Below, in pieces: positions 12,579 through 22,757 of a stretch of DNA of 64,000 nucleotides. The notes under the pieces were generated by a model. That model was not told the origin of the DNA. It did no database searches and saw nothing but the letters and a program-made list of their open reading frames with translations. The stretch lies in the NCBI GenBank assembly GCA_937928775.1, contig CALFVI010000034.1, forward strand, positions 19,008 through 83,007. Reading direction: 5' to 3'. The translations under genes were made by a program, and so were the position numbers. Each line of letters starts with the position of its first letter. Position 1 is the stretch's first letter. The DNA is from an uncultured Elioraea sp. GTDB lineage: Bacteria; Pseudomonadota; Alphaproteobacteria; Acetobacterales; Acetobacteraceae.

Positions 12579-13421
12579 ATGAGCGACCCGCACGCCCCCG
12601 CCGTCGAGCCCTCCGGTATGAGGCATCCCTACCACCTCGTCGATCCCTCGCCCTGGCCGATCGTCGGCGCCTTCGCCGGCGGCCTGCTCGCTTTCGGCGC
12701 GATCGAGTACATGCACTACAACACCACGCTCTTTCTCTGGCTCGGCCTTGTTGCCGTGCTCGCCACGATGGCGCTGTGGTGGCGCGATGTGGTCAAGGAA
12801 AGCCGCACGCCAGGCCTGCACACGCCTGTGGTGCGCCTCGGCCTGCGCTACGGCATGATCCTGTTCATCGCCTCCGAGGTGATGTTCTTCGTCGCCTTCT
12901 TCTGGGCCTATTTCCACTTCGCCCTGTTCCCCGAACACGTCGCGGGGGCGGAGAAGGCGATCTGGCCGCCGCAGGGAATCAAGACCTTCGACCCCTGGCA
13001 CCTGCCCTTCCTGAATACGGTGATCCTGCTCCTCTCCGGCACCACCGTGACCTGGGCGCATCACGCTCTGCTCAAGGGCGATCGCAACGGGCTGATCGTC
13101 GGTTTGGCCCTGACCATCGCCTTGGGGCTGCTGTTCACCGCCGTGCAGGCCTACGAGTATTGGTCGGCTCCGTTCGGGTTCCGCGAGGGTGTCTACCCGT
13201 CTGTGTTTTTCCTCGCCACTGGCTTCCATGGCTTCCACGTCATCGTCGGCACGCTTTTCCTTACCGTCTGCCTTGCCCGTGCCATCGCCGGCCATTTCAC
13301 GCCGGACCGGCATTTCGGCTTAGAGGCCGCCGCCTGGTACTGGCATTTCGTCGACGTGGTCTGGCTGTTCCTGTTCGTCGCCATCTACTGGTGGGGAGCT
13401 GGTGAGATCGCGCACCATTGA
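12579..13421 (+). CDS. ctaE: Cytochrome c oxidase subunit III
   Basis: HPYHLVDPSPWP, LFIASEVMFF, ATGFHGFHVIVG, AAWYWHFVDVVWLFLF. Confidence 0.98.
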   Translation: MSDPHAPAVEPSGMRHPYHLVDPSPWPIVGAFAGGLLAFGAIEYMHYNTTLFLWLGLVAVLATMALWWRDVVKESRTPGLHTPVVRLGLRYGMILFIASEVMFFVAFFWAYFHFALFPEHVAGAEKAIWPPQGIKTFDPWHLPFLNTVILLLSGTTVTWAHHALLKGDRNGLIVGLALTIALGLLFTAVQAYEYWSAPFGFREGVYPSVFFLATGFHGFHVIVGTLFLTVCLARAIAGHFTPDRHFGLEAAAWYWHFVDVVWLFLFVAIYWWGAGEIAHH

Positions 13422-13812
13422 GCCCGCCCCGCAGCTAGGGGGCGGGCAGGGGGCTCGGCTTCCTGTGCCGCTTTTCCGCTCTGCCCTCCTCGGCCTCTGC
13501 CCTGCCTGCGGCAAGGCTTCGCTGTTCGACGGCCTGCTCTCTGTTCGCCCGACCTGCCCCGCATGCGGGCTTGATCTACGCGCACATGACGCTGGCGACG
13601 GGCCGGCGGTGGCTGGCATCTTCGTGCTCGGTGTGATCATCGTCGTCGCCGCCCTGTGGGTCGAGTTCGCCTTCGAACCTCCCCTGTGGCTGCATGCGGT
13701 GCTGTGGCCTGCGCTTTCCGTGCCGCTCTCCCTCGCCGTCATGCGTCCGGCCAAGGCCGCCTTGATCGCGCTGCAGTACCGCCATCGCCGGCGCGAGATG
13801 CAGGGAGCGTGA
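13402..13812 (+). CDS. DUF983-family membrane protein (start uncertain)
   Basis: CPACGKASLFDGLLSVRPTCPACGLDL...DAGDGPA, FEPPLWLH, LQYRHR. Confidence 0.85.
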   Translation: MRSRTIEPAPQLGGGQGARLPVPLFRSALLGLCPACGKASLFDGLLSVRPTCPACGLDLRAHDAGDGPAVAGIFVLGVIIVVAALWVEFAFEPPLWLHAVLWPALSVPLSLAVMRPAKAALIALQYRHRRREMQGA

Positions 13813-14555
13813 ACACGCCCTATCTGCAGGGCGTGAGCTCTGCTTCCCCGTCCCGTCCCCCCTGGCGCGTGCTCTTGTGGCCGACCGTCGCCGCGGCGGC
13901 GGCGCTTGCCATCCTGCTCGCCTTGGGCACCTGGCAGGTGCAAAGGCTGGCGTGGAAGAACGCCTGGATTGCCGAGTTGCGCGCGGCTGAGCTTTTGCCG
14001 CCGGAGCCGCTTCCCGCCGCGCTTGACGACCCTGCTTCCGTCGTCTTCCGCCGCTTTGCCGTGACGGGCCGCTTCCGCCACGATCTTTCCGTTCTGGTCG
14101 GCGTGCATGAGCGCAACCGGCAGCTCGGCACCTACTTGTTCACGCCGCTGGAGAGGGCTGAGGGCGATCCGGTGTGGATCGTGCGCGGCTGGGTGCCCTA
14201 CGAGGCGCCGTTCGCGGTCGCCAAGCCGGAGGGGGAGGTGACGGTGGTAGGGTTCCTGATGCTGCCGGAGCGTCGCGGCTGGTTCACCCCGGACGACAAG
14301 CCGGCAGACCGCCGCTTCTGGGCGTTCGAGCCGGAACCGATCAACCGCGCGGTGGGGCTTGATCGCTCCACCCCTTTCGCCATTGCTGCCATCGGCACCG
14401 ACCGCGACCCGCCCATCCCGCAGCGCCGCCCCGCAACACCGCGCAACGACCATCTCGCCTACGCCATCACTTGGTACGGGCTCGCCATCGCCCTGATCGC
14501 GTTCTGGGTGGCCTGGGCCCGCAAACTCCTGCGCGAGCAGCGCGCCCGAGCATGA
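13809..14555 (+). CDS. SURF1/Shy1 cytochrome oxidase biogenesis protein
   Basis: LLALGTWQVQRLAWK, RGWVP, NDHLAYAITWYGLA; GTGA overlap with DUF983. Confidence 0.93.
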   Translation: MNTPYLQGVSSASPSRPPWRVLLWPTVAAAAALAILLALGTWQVQRLAWKNAWIAELRAAELLPPEPLPAALDDPASVVFRRFAVTGRFRHDLSVLVGVHERNRQLGTYLFTPLERAEGDPVWIVRGWVPYEAPFAVAKPEGEVTVVGFLMLPERRGWFTPDDKPADRRFWAFEPEPINRAVGLDRSTPFAIAAIGTDRDPPIPQRRPATPRNDHLAYAITWYGLAIALIAFWVAWARKLLREQRARA

Positions 14556-16075
14556 ACGCCACCCCGCCTACCCTCTCTGCCTATGACCGTTTGCGGGCCC
14601 GCTTCCGCCGGCTGGGGTTGATCGAGGAGGCGGCCTCCATCCTGCACTGGGACACTTCGGTGACCATGCCGCGTGGGTCCGCCGAGGCACGAGCCGAGCA
14701 GACCGCCGCGCTGGCCGCCACCGCGCACGCTCTCCTCACTGCCCCCGAGGTGGCGGAGGAGCTCGCCTCCGCAGAGGCCGCCGCGCACGCTCTCTCCGAC
14801 CTCGATCGGTGCAATCTTGCGCTGATGCGGCGGAAATACCGCCGCGCGACCGCGCTTCCGCCGGACCTCGTCGAGGCGGCGGCGCGCGCCAACTCCCGCT
14901 GCGAAGCCGCCTGGCGCGATGCCCGCGCGGCGTCAGACTTCGCTGCGGTCGCACCTTTCCTCGAGGAGGTGGTGAGCCTTGCCCGCGATACGGCCGCCGC
15001 GCTCTCCGCCGCCACAGGCCTTGCCCCCTACGACTCTCTGCTCGATGGATTTCAGCCGGGGTTGACGGACGCGCGCGTCGCCGAGCTTTTCGCCCCTCTG
15101 GAGCGCGACCTCCTCGCCCTTCTGCCAGAAGTGGAGGCGCGCGAGGTTGCCCTGCCGCCCGCCCTCCCGCTGCCCGGTCCCTTTCCGGTGGCGGCGCAAC
15201 GCCGGCTTTGCCGCATGCTCGCGGAACGCGCCGGGCTCGATTTCGCCACCGCACGCCTGGATGAGAGCACGCATCCGTTCTGCGGCGGCACGCCGACCGA
15301 TACCCGCATCACCACCCGCTACGATGAGGCCGACCCCGCCCCCGCCATCCTCGGCGTGCTCCATGAATGCGGACATGCGCTCTACGAGCGCAATCTGCCG
15401 CGCGCCTGGGCGCACCAGGCGCTCGGCGAGGCGGCTGGTATGGCAGTGCACGAGAGCCAGAGCCTGATCATCGAGATGCAGGCCTGCCGGTCAGATGCCT
15501 TCCTCGCCTGGCTCGGGCCTCGCCTTGCCGAGGCGTTTGGCGGGGCGGCCGAGGCCTACGCGCCGGCCAACCTCGCCCGCCTCTGGCGTCGCGTGCGGCG
15601 GGGCTTCATCCGAGGCGATGCAGACGAGGTCACCTACCCGCTGCACATCATCCTGCGCTGGCGTCTTGAGCGGGCGCTGATCGCGGGCGAGCTTACGGTT
15701 CGCAACCTCCCGTCGGCCTGGAACGACAGCTTTGCCCGCCTCTTCGGCCTCGCCGTGCCAGATGACCGTCGCGGTGTGCTGCAGGACATCCACTGGTATG
15801 ACGGGCTGTTCGGCTACTTCCCCTCCTACACGCTGGGAGCGATGGCGGCGGCGCAGATGATGGCGGCGGCCCGGTCTGTCATCCCTGACCTCGACGGCGC
15901 GCTTGCGCAAGGCGACCTCTCCCCCCTCGTTGCCTGGCTTGCCGCCAACGTTCATGTGTACGGGTCCCGCTACGGCTTCGACGAACTCATCGCCGCCGCC
16001 ACCGGCCGTCCGCTTGAGCCTGCCGTGTTCATCGCGCATCTGCGCGCGCGCTACGCACCCCTGCCTTCCGGCTGA
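14552..16075 (+). CDS. Carboxypeptidase M32 (Taq-type)
   Basis: RLDESTHPF, TRITTRY, HECGHALYE (HEXXH), HESQSL, FIRGDADEVTYPLH, QDIHW, GYFPSYTLG. Confidence 0.96.
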   Translation: MNATPPTLSAYDRLRARFRRLGLIEEAASILHWDTSVTMPRGSAEARAEQTAALAATAHALLTAPEVAEELASAEAAAHALSDLDRCNLALMRRKYRRATALPPDLVEAAARANSRCEAAWRDARAASDFAAVAPFLEEVVSLARDTAAALSAATGLAPYDSLLDGFQPGLTDARVAELFAPLERDLLALLPEVEAREVALPPALPLPGPFPVAAQRRLCRMLAERAGLDFATARLDESTHPFCGGTPTDTRITTRYDEADPAPAILGVLHECGHALYERNLPRAWAHQALGEAAGMAVHESQSLIIEMQACRSDAFLAWLGPRLAEAFGGAAEAYAPANLARLWRRVRRGFIRGDADEVTYPLHIILRWRLERALIAGELTVRNLPSAWNDSFARLFGLAVPDDRRGVLQDIHWYDGLFGYFPSYTLGAMAAAQMMAAARSVIPDLDGALAQGDLSPLVAWLAANVHVYGSRYGFDELIAAATGRPLEPAVFIAHLRARYAPLPSG

Positions 16076-16103
16076 ACGCGTTCCGCCCTACCTCTGGCGT
16101 GCC

Positions 16104-17510
16104 ATGCGTTACATCTCGACCCGCGGCGAGGCGCCTGTATTCTCCTTCGACGAGGCTTTGCTCGCCGGGCTCGCCGTCGACGGGGGGCTTTACGTGCCGG
16201 AAGCCTGGCCTGTCCTCTCTCCGGCCGAGTGGCGTCGCCTGCGCGGCCTCGACTATCCTGATCTCGCCGCCGAACTGCTTGCTCCTTTCGCTGCTCCGCC
16301 TTTCGACCGCGACCTGCTGCGGACGCTCTGCCGCGCGGCCTACGCCCGCTTCGCCCACCCCGCAGTTGCGCCCTTGGTTCAGATCGCACCACACCGTTTC
16401 GTGCTCGAACTCTTCCACGGCCCCACCCTCGCCTTCAAGGATTTCGCGCTGCAGCTGTTGGGGCTTCTGTTCGAACGCCTGCTCGCCACACGCCGGCAAA
16501 GGATCACCATAGTCGGCGCCACCTCGGGCGATACAGGGGCAGCCGCGATCGAGGCCTGCCGCGACCGCGCCAATCTCTCTATCGTCATCCTTCACCCGCA
16601 CGGGCGGGTGAGCGACGTGCAGCGGCGGCAGATGACGACCGTCGCCTCAGCCAATGTGGCCAATCTCGCGGTGACGGGCACGTTCGACGACTGCCAGGAT
16701 CTCGTGAAGGCGATGTTTGCCGATCGTGTCTTCCGCGACGAGCTTCGCCTCTCGGCCGTCAACTCGATCAACATCGCCCGTGTCGTGGCCCAGATCCCCT
16801 ACTATGCTTGGGCGGCGCTTGCGCTCGGCGCGCCCGACCGGCCGGTTGCCTTCGCGGTACCGACTGGGAATTTCGGCAACGTGCTCGCTGCCTGGGCGGC
16901 CTCCCGCATGGGACTGCCCGTCGCGCGTCTGATTGTCGGCAGCAATCGCAACGACATTTTGGCGCGCTTCTTTCTGCGCAACGACATGTCCATCGCTCCG
17001 GTCGAGCCCTCGCTCTCGCCCTCGATGGACATCCAAGTGTCGTCGAACTTCGAACGCCTCCTGTTCGAACTCCTCAGCCGCGACGGGGCGCGCACGGCGG
17101 AGGCGATGCGCGCCTTCCGCGCGACGGGGCGGATGCCGATCCCGCCTTCGGTGTGGGAGGAGGCGCGGCGATTGTTCGCGGGCTTCGCGCTTGACGATGA
17201 GGGGACTCTCGCCGAGATCGCGCGCACGCGTCGCGAGAGCGGATACCTCGCCGATCCGCATACCGCGATCGGGATTGCTGCCGCGCGCGCCTGCGCTCCC
17301 GACGACCGTTCGATCCCGGTGGTGATCGCCGCCACCGCGCATCCGGCGAAGTTTCCCGAGGCCGTCGCCCGCGCCTTAGGTGAACGGCCCGCCCTGCCAC
17401 CCCATCTTGTTGATCTGATGACGCGCGAGGAACGCTGCGAGGTCGTGCCGAACGATCTCGCCCTCATCCAGTCGCGCATCCGCGCACATGCACTTAGGAA
17501 TGCCGCATGA
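16104..17510 (+). CDS. thrC: Threonine synthase
   Basis: MRYISTRG, DGGLYVP, LELFHGPTLAFKDFALQ, ATSGDTG, VNSINIAR, VPTGNFGN, SPSMDIQVSSNFER, TAHPAKF. Confidence 0.98.
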   Translation: MRYISTRGEAPVFSFDEALLAGLAVDGGLYVPEAWPVLSPAEWRRLRGLDYPDLAAELLAPFAAPPFDRDLLRTLCRAAYARFAHPAVAPLVQIAPHRFVLELFHGPTLAFKDFALQLLGLLFERLLATRRQRITIVGATSGDTGAAAIEACRDRANLSIVILHPHGRVSDVQRRQMTTVASANVANLAVTGTFDDCQDLVKAMFADRVFRDELRLSAVNSINIARVVAQIPYYAWAALALGAPDRPVAFAVPTGNFGNVLAAWAASRMGLPVARLIVGSNRNDILARFFLRNDMSIAPVEPSLSPSMDIQVSSNFERLLFELLSRDGARTAEAMRAFRATGRMPIPPSVWEEARRLFAGFALDDEGTLAEIARTRRESGYLADPHTAIGIAAARACAPDDRSIPVVIAATAHPAKFPEAVARALGERPALPPHLVDLMTREERCEVVPNDLALIQSRIRAHALRNAA

Positions 17511-18778
17511 CGAACAATCCTGCCATCCGTGTCACGCGCCTTCCATCGGGGTTGACCGTGGTGACGGAGACGATGCCGCGCGTCGCCACCGTCTCGCTCG
17601 GCGCCTACGTCGCCGCCGGCACGCGCCACGAACGGGCAGAGGAGAACGGTGTGTCCCACTTCCTCGAGCACATGGCGTTCAAGGGCACGCGCCGTCGCAC
17701 CGCGGCGCAGATCGCGGAGGAGATCGAGAACGTGGGCGGCCACCTCAACGCCTACACGGCGCGCGAACGCACCGCCTACTACGCCAAGGTGCTGAAGGAG
17801 GATGCCGCGCTCGCCACCGACATCATCGCCGACATCCTGCAGCACTCGGTGTTCGACGCTGAGGAGTTCGAACGTGAGCGGGGCGTGATCCTGCAAGAGA
17901 TCGGCCAGGCCAACGACACGCCCGACGATCTCGTCTTCGACCGCTTTCAGGAGGCAGCCTTCCCCGGCCAACCGATGGGCCTGCCCACCTTGGGGACGGG
18001 GGAGACGATCCGAACGATGCCGCGCGAGGCGCTCCTTGCCTTCCTCCGCCGCCATTACGCGCCCGAGCGGATGGTCGTCGCGGCCGCCGGTGCGATCGAG
18101 CACGAAACATTCCTCGATCTCATCCGTCGCCACTTCACAGAGCTTCCCGCTGGCGAGGCGGAGCCCACGCACCCCGCGCGCTACATCGGCGGCGAGGCGC
18201 GCGAGGAGGATGATCTCGACCAGGTGCACCTCGTTCTCGGCTTTCCCTCCGTCTCCTTTTCCGACCCTGGCTATTATGCCTCGCTCCTGCTCGCCACCCT
18301 CCTGGGCGGGGGCATGTCGAGCCGGCTGTTCCAGGAGGTGCGGGAGAAGCGCGGCCTCGTCTACGCCATCAGCGCCTTCGCCTCGCCCTACGACGATGCC
18401 GGGCTGTTCGGAATTTACGCTGGCACCGGCGAGAGGGAGCTCGCTGAGCTCGTGCCCGTCGTCGTCAACGAACTCGCCGCCGTGCAGCGCGCGATCACGG
18501 AAGAGGAGCTTCAGCGCGCGAAGGCGCAGGTGAAGGCCTCGGTGCTGATGGCGCTGGAGAGCACCTCGGCGCGCTGCGAGCAGCTCGCGCACCAGCTCCT
18601 CACCTGGGGGAGGGTGATCCCAACCGAGGAGACGGTGGCGCGCATCGAAGGGGTGACGAGGGAGGAAGTGTCGGCGCTGGCGCGGCGGCTGTTCCGCGCT
18701 CGCCCAACTCTGGCTGCGATCGGGCCGATCGCGCGCCTGCCTGCACTCGACACGCTTGGCGAACGTCTCGCCGCCTGA
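17507..18778 (+). CDS. M16B family zinc peptidase (MPP-like)
   Basis: HFLEHMAFKGT (HXXEH), GGHLNAYT, LGGGMSSRLFQEVREKRGLVY. Confidence 0.96.
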   Translation: MTNNPAIRVTRLPSGLTVVTETMPRVATVSLGAYVAAGTRHERAEENGVSHFLEHMAFKGTRRRTAAQIAEEIENVGGHLNAYTARERTAYYAKVLKEDAALATDIIADILQHSVFDAEEFERERGVILQEIGQANDTPDDLVFDRFQEAAFPGQPMGLPTLGTGETIRTMPREALLAFLRRHYAPERMVVAAAGAIEHETFLDLIRRHFTELPAGEAEPTHPARYIGGEAREEDDLDQVHLVLGFPSVSFSDPGYYASLLLATLLGGGMSSRLFQEVREKRGLVYAISAFASPYDDAGLFGIYAGTGERELAELVPVVVNELAAVQRAITEEELQRAKAQVKASVLMALESTSARCEQLAHQLLTWGRVIPTEETVARIEGVTREEVSALARRLFRARPTLAAIGPIARLPALDTLGERLAA

Positions 18779-18793
18779 ACGGCCGCACCGGAG

Positions 18794-20632
18794 TTAGCGC
18801 GCCGTCACCGCGCGCCGCCGTGCGCCGAGCTGCAGGGCGATTGCGCCTCCCGCGAGGCCAGCACCGATGAGGTCCGTCAGAAGGCCGGGCTGGATCAGGG
18901 TGAAGGCCGCTGCGATCATCAGTCCGCGTTGCAGCCAGGTCGCGCGCGCGATCAGCCAACCATGCAGCCCGGCGGCGAGCAGCACGCAGCCCAAGGAGGC
19001 GGTGGCGAAGGCATGCGCCACCTCCCACCACGCTCCGATCATCAGCAAAGCCGGGGCATGGACGAACATGAAGGGCACGATGTAGCCGGCCGAGCCGAGC
19101 CGCACGGCAGCAAGCCCCGAGGCCCAGAGCTCCGACCGCGCCAGCCCTGCTGCGGCGAACACGGCGAGAGCGACGGGTGGCGTGATGGCGGAAAGGATGG
19201 CGAAGTAGAAGGCGAACATGTGCGCCGCAGGCGCCGCAACACCGAGGCGGATCAGGGCGGGCACCAGCAACGAGACCATGACGATGTAGGCAGGCGTGGT
19301 TGGCATGCCCATGCCGAGGATGACCCCGGCCACCATGGTGAGTAGGAGGGCGAGCAGAAGACTGTTTTGCGCCGCCGCCAGCACATACTGCGTGAACACG
19401 ATGCCCAGGCCTGAGAGCGTGATCACGCCGATCACAATGCCGGCGCAGGCGCAGGCCATCGCCACCGCGAGCGAGCCGGTGGCGCCCTCGATCAGCGCAT
19501 GCCAGACGTTGCGGATAGTGACCGTTTCGCGCGTAGAGCGACGCAGGCCGGCGACCGGGAAACAGGCTGCCGTTCCGGCGAGCGCGGAGAGGGGGGCAGA
19601 GTAGCCGAGGAAGAGCCCGCCCAGCACGATCGCGATTGGGATCGCGAGATGGCCCCGCTCGGCGAGGACGCGCGCAAGGCGCGGCACCTCCTCAGGCGAA
19701 AGCCCCGAGAGCCCGGTGCGACGGGCTTCGAAATGCACCGCGGCGAAGGCCGCGACGTAGAACAGGAGCGCCGGCAACAGCGCCCAGGCGATCACCTGCA
19801 GGTATTGCACCTGCAGGAACTCGGCCATGACGAACGCCGCCGCCCCCATGATGGGCGGCATGATCTGCCCGCCCGTCGAGGCGACGGCCTCGACGGCGGC
19901 GGCGAAGGCCGGCCTGAAGCCGGTTCGCACCATCAGCGGAATGGTCACCTGGCCGGTGACCATCACGTTCGCCACCGCCGACCCCGAGACGGAGCCAAAC
20001 AGGGACGAGGAGATGACAGCGACTTTGGCGGGACCGCCGACGGAGCGGCCGGTCAGCGCGAGCGAGAAGTCCATGAACAGCCGCCCGACGCCAGAGCGTT
20101 CCATGAACGCGCCGAACAGCACAAACACCACAACAAAGCTTGCGGATACACCGAGCGTGGAGCCGAAGATACCCTCGGTGGTGAGGTAGAGCTGATCGAG
20201 CAGAGTGGGCAGCGGCTGTTGCAGCACGGTCGCGCCGAGCAGGAGGAAGACGAGCGCGGTGAGAGGCAGCGCCCAGCCCACCGCACGCCGTGTCGCTTCG
20301 AGAACGAGCGCCACGCAAAGCCAGCCCCACACCGTATCGGCGGGGGTCGGGTCATCGATATAGATGATCCGGTTCACCACCTGGTCGTAGGTGAGGAACA
20401 GGTGCGCGACCGAGGCGATGGCAGTGAAGCCGAGGAGCCAGTCCTCGATCCCGGGCGAGGTCCGTCGCCGCAGAGGGTTCGTGAGGAAAACGAGGGCGAA
20501 GGCGAAGATCAGGTGGGTGCCGCGGAAGAACACCGCCTCCGGCGGACCGAAGGCGGTGGTCCAGATATGGTAGCCGGACATCGCCGCGGCGATGCCGCCG
20601 GTGAGCCAGCCGATCATCCGCGCGTCGGTCAC
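18794..20632 (-). CDS. TRAP transporter fused 4TM/12TM permease (TAXI type)
   Basis: GGPAKVAVISSSLFGSVSGSAVANV, EAVASTGGQIMPPIMGAAAF, LGMGMPTTPAYI, SAITPPVALA. Confidence 0.95.
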   Translation of the reverse strand: MTDARMIGWLTGGIAAAMSGYHIWTTAFGPPEAVFFRGTHLIFAFALVFLTNPLRRRTSPGIEDWLLGFTAIASVAHLFLTYDQVVNRIIYIDDPTPADTVWGWLCVALVLEATRRAVGWALPLTALVFLLLGATVLQQPLPTLLDQLYLTTEGIFGSTLGVSASFVVVFVLFGAFMERSGVGRLFMDFSLALTGRSVGGPAKVAVISSSLFGSVSGSAVANVMVTGQVTIPLMVRTGFRPAFAAAVEAVASTGGQIMPPIMGAAAFVMAEFLQVQYLQVIAWALLPALLFYVAAFAAVHFEARRTGLSGLSPEEVPRLARVLAERGHLAIPIAIVLGGLFLGYSAPLSALAGTAACFPVAGLRRSTRETVTIRNVWHALIEGATGSLAVAMACACAGIVIGVITLSGLGIVFTQYVLAAAQNSLLLALLLTMVAGVILGMGMPTTPAYIVMVSLLVPALIRLGVAAPAAHMFAFYFAILSAITPPVALAVFAAAGLARSELWASGLAAVRLGSAGYIVPFMFVHAPALLMIGAWWEVAHAFATASLGCVLLAAGLHGWLIARATWLQRGLMIAAAFTLIQPGLLTDLIGAGLAGGAIALQLGARRRAVTAR

Positions 20633-20666
20633 GCGCTGGCCCTTCTCGTGTCCGATGGGTGGCGGT

Positions 20667-21605
20667 TCAGCCGCCGAGCGCCCCCACCTCGCGATAGAAC
20701 CGTTGCGCACCCGGATGGAGCGGCACCCCGATGTCCATCGCCATCTCCTTCGGGGTGAGGCCGCGCATCCCGGCATAGACGGCGGCCATCGCCTCCACGT
20801 TCTGCGCCGCCGCCCGCACCATGGCGTGCACCAGGGCGTCCGGCAGGTCGCAGGAGGCGATCAGGTGCGTGAAATAGCCCGGCACCGTCACCGCCTCGCG
20901 CTGGCCTGGGTAGGTGTTGGCCGGAATCGGCACGCCGACATACCCGGGGTTGAGCTTGCGCAAGCCTTCGATGTAGGGCGCGAGATCGAGCACCCGGATG
21001 GCGCGCGCCGAGGCGAGATCCATCACCGAACTCGCCGGGATGGCGGTGCCGAGGGTGAAGCCATGTGCATGGCCGTCGCGGAGAAGCCCCACTGCGTCCG
21101 TGTAGGAGGCCTGGAAGGAGGCGCGGATGTCGCTGTAGCTCAGCCCCGCCACCTGCAGGATCTGCTGCGTGATCACCTCAGCCGTGTTGCCGCGCGGCTG
21201 GATGACGATGGTGCGGCCGCGGAAATCCTCGATCCGGGTGATGCCCGAATCTGCCAGCACCACGGCCTGGAAGTATTGCGGGTAGAGGGTGGCGAGGTTG
21301 CACACCTTGCGCGTAGGCGCCTGGAACGGTGGGCGGCCGGCGAGCCCGTCCACCGTACTGATGGAGTTGCCGAAGCCCACGTGGGCGCGGCCCTCATCAA
21401 CGCCGCGCACATTCGCCACCCCCGCCCCCGGTACGACCTGAATGGACACGCCGGGGATCGCCTGTTCCCAGATATTCTTCAGCGCCCCACCCAGTGGAAC
21501 CCAGACTCCGCCCTGCGGCCCGGTCATGAAGCGGAGCTGCTGAGCGGAGGCAGCGACCGGCACGACGGCGAGCGTGGCGGCGAGCAGCGTGGTGGCGAAA
21601 CGCAT
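20667..21605 (-). CDS. TAXI-family TRAP solute-binding protein
   Basis: Signal peptide; FMTGPQGGVWVPLGG, GAGVANV, IPANTYPGQ, VPLHPGAQRFYRE. Confidence 0.95.
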   Translation of the reverse strand: MRFATTLLAATLAVVPVAASAQQLRFMTGPQGGVWVPLGGALKNIWEQAIPGVSIQVVPGAGVANVRGVDEGRAHVGFGNSISTVDGLAGRPPFQAPTRKVCNLATLYPQYFQAVVLADSGITRIEDFRGRTIVIQPRGNTAEVITQQILQVAGLSYSDIRASFQASYTDAVGLLRDGHAHGFTLGTAIPASSVMDLASARAIRVLDLAPYIEGLRKLNPGYVGVPIPANTYPGQREAVTVPGYFTHLIASCDLPDALVHAMVRAAAQNVEAMAAVYAGMRGLTPKEMAMDIGVPLHPGAQRFYREVGALGG

Positions 21606-21713
21606 GACGGTCCTCCCGGAAGTTTGGTTTCGTGCGGCGGACGGCGTGCCGCTCTGGCCGGCATTGAAGGTGTGCGGGCCGTCCGGGTCAATCGGGGAGA
21701 GGCGCGGGCGACG

Positions 21714-22757
21714 TCAGCCCAGGCCTCGCACCAGAGGGGGGCCGAGCAGGTTGGCGATCGGCACGGGAAGACGCTTCCAGGCGGCGATGAACAGCCGGTA
21801 CTTCGGATTGTTCGGATTGTTCTCCGGAATCGCGGCCCCGGGGGCGAGCCGGTAGCAGTAGTGGAGCTGTTCGGGGGTGAAGCCCCAGTTCTTCTTGTAG
21901 TTGAAGGCACCCGTTCCGATCTTGGAACGGCCGAAGTCGAAGCGGGTTGCACCGCGCTCGCGCCCCGCCCGGCGCATCACCTCCCAGTACATCACCTCGG
22001 AGGCGGAGAGAGAACGTGCGGCCCAGGTGCCGCCGCCGTAGTAAGGCAGGACCTCGTTGCGGAAATGGAAGGAGAGCACCGAGGCGACAGGCCTCTCTTC
22101 AGCGAGGACGGTGGTGACATCTGCCTCACCTGGGAAGGCCGCGAGCAGGGCACGGAAATAGCGGCGGGGAAACACAGGCGAGCCGAGATTGCGCACGGAT
22201 TCCGCGTAGACGCGGTGCAGCACGTCCGCGTCTTGATTCGTCACCGTTACGAGCCCGCGCTTAAGCCCCTTGCGCACCTCGGCGCGCTGTTTGCGCGGGA
22301 TGTTGGCCGCCATGTCCTTCTCATCGTCGCCGGTGATGGTGAAGGGCTTGCGGAACGTGAAGTAGAGCGGAGGGCGGCCGACCCAGCCCGGGTCTTCGGC
22401 GGCGATGCGGCGGAACTCCAGAACCGGGGCTCGCAGGCGTCGCTGCATGTCGAGGGCATAAGCCTCAAGTGCGGCGGCGGCTTCCGCCGTCGCGGCGACG
22501 CTGCCGCCATAGACGCAGAAGGGCGTGGAGGAGAGGAGGTCGCCGAACAACAAAGTCTTCATCCGTGCCAGCGGCAGCACGCCGACGATCGCCCCGTCCT
22601 GTTCGGCGAAGGCGAAGAAGGTCGGGTGGCCGAAAACCTCGCGAATGACGCGTGCCCAGGCGGAGAGGTGGAAGAAGCTTGCCAGCGGGAAGGCGCGGAC
22701 GAACCGATCCCAGGCCGGGGCCGAAGCCTCGTCGAGTGGACGGATCCGCACGCTCAT
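21714..22757 (-). CDS. FemAB-related (GNAT-fold) protein of XrtA/PEP-CTERM EPS system
   Basis: LSSTPFCVYGG, IPRKQRAEVRK, SVRNLGSPVF, FDFGRSKIGTG, KKNWGF, NPNNPKY. Confidence 0.9.
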   Translation of the reverse strand: MSVRIRPLDEASAPAWDRFVRAFPLASFFHLSAWARVIREVFGHPTFFAFAEQDGAIVGVLPLARMKTLLFGDLLSSTPFCVYGGSVAATAEAAAALEAYALDMQRRLRAPVLEFRRIAAEDPGWVGRPPLYFTFRKPFTITGDDEKDMAANIPRKQRAEVRKGLKRGLVTVTNQDADVLHRVYAESVRNLGSPVFPRRYFRALLAAFPGEADVTTVLAEERPVASVLSFHFRNEVLPYYGGGTWAARSLSASEVMYWEVMRRAGRERGATRFDFGRSKIGTGAFNYKKNWGFTPEQLHYCYRLAPGAAIPENNPNNPKYRLFIAAWKRLPVPIANLLGPPLVRGLG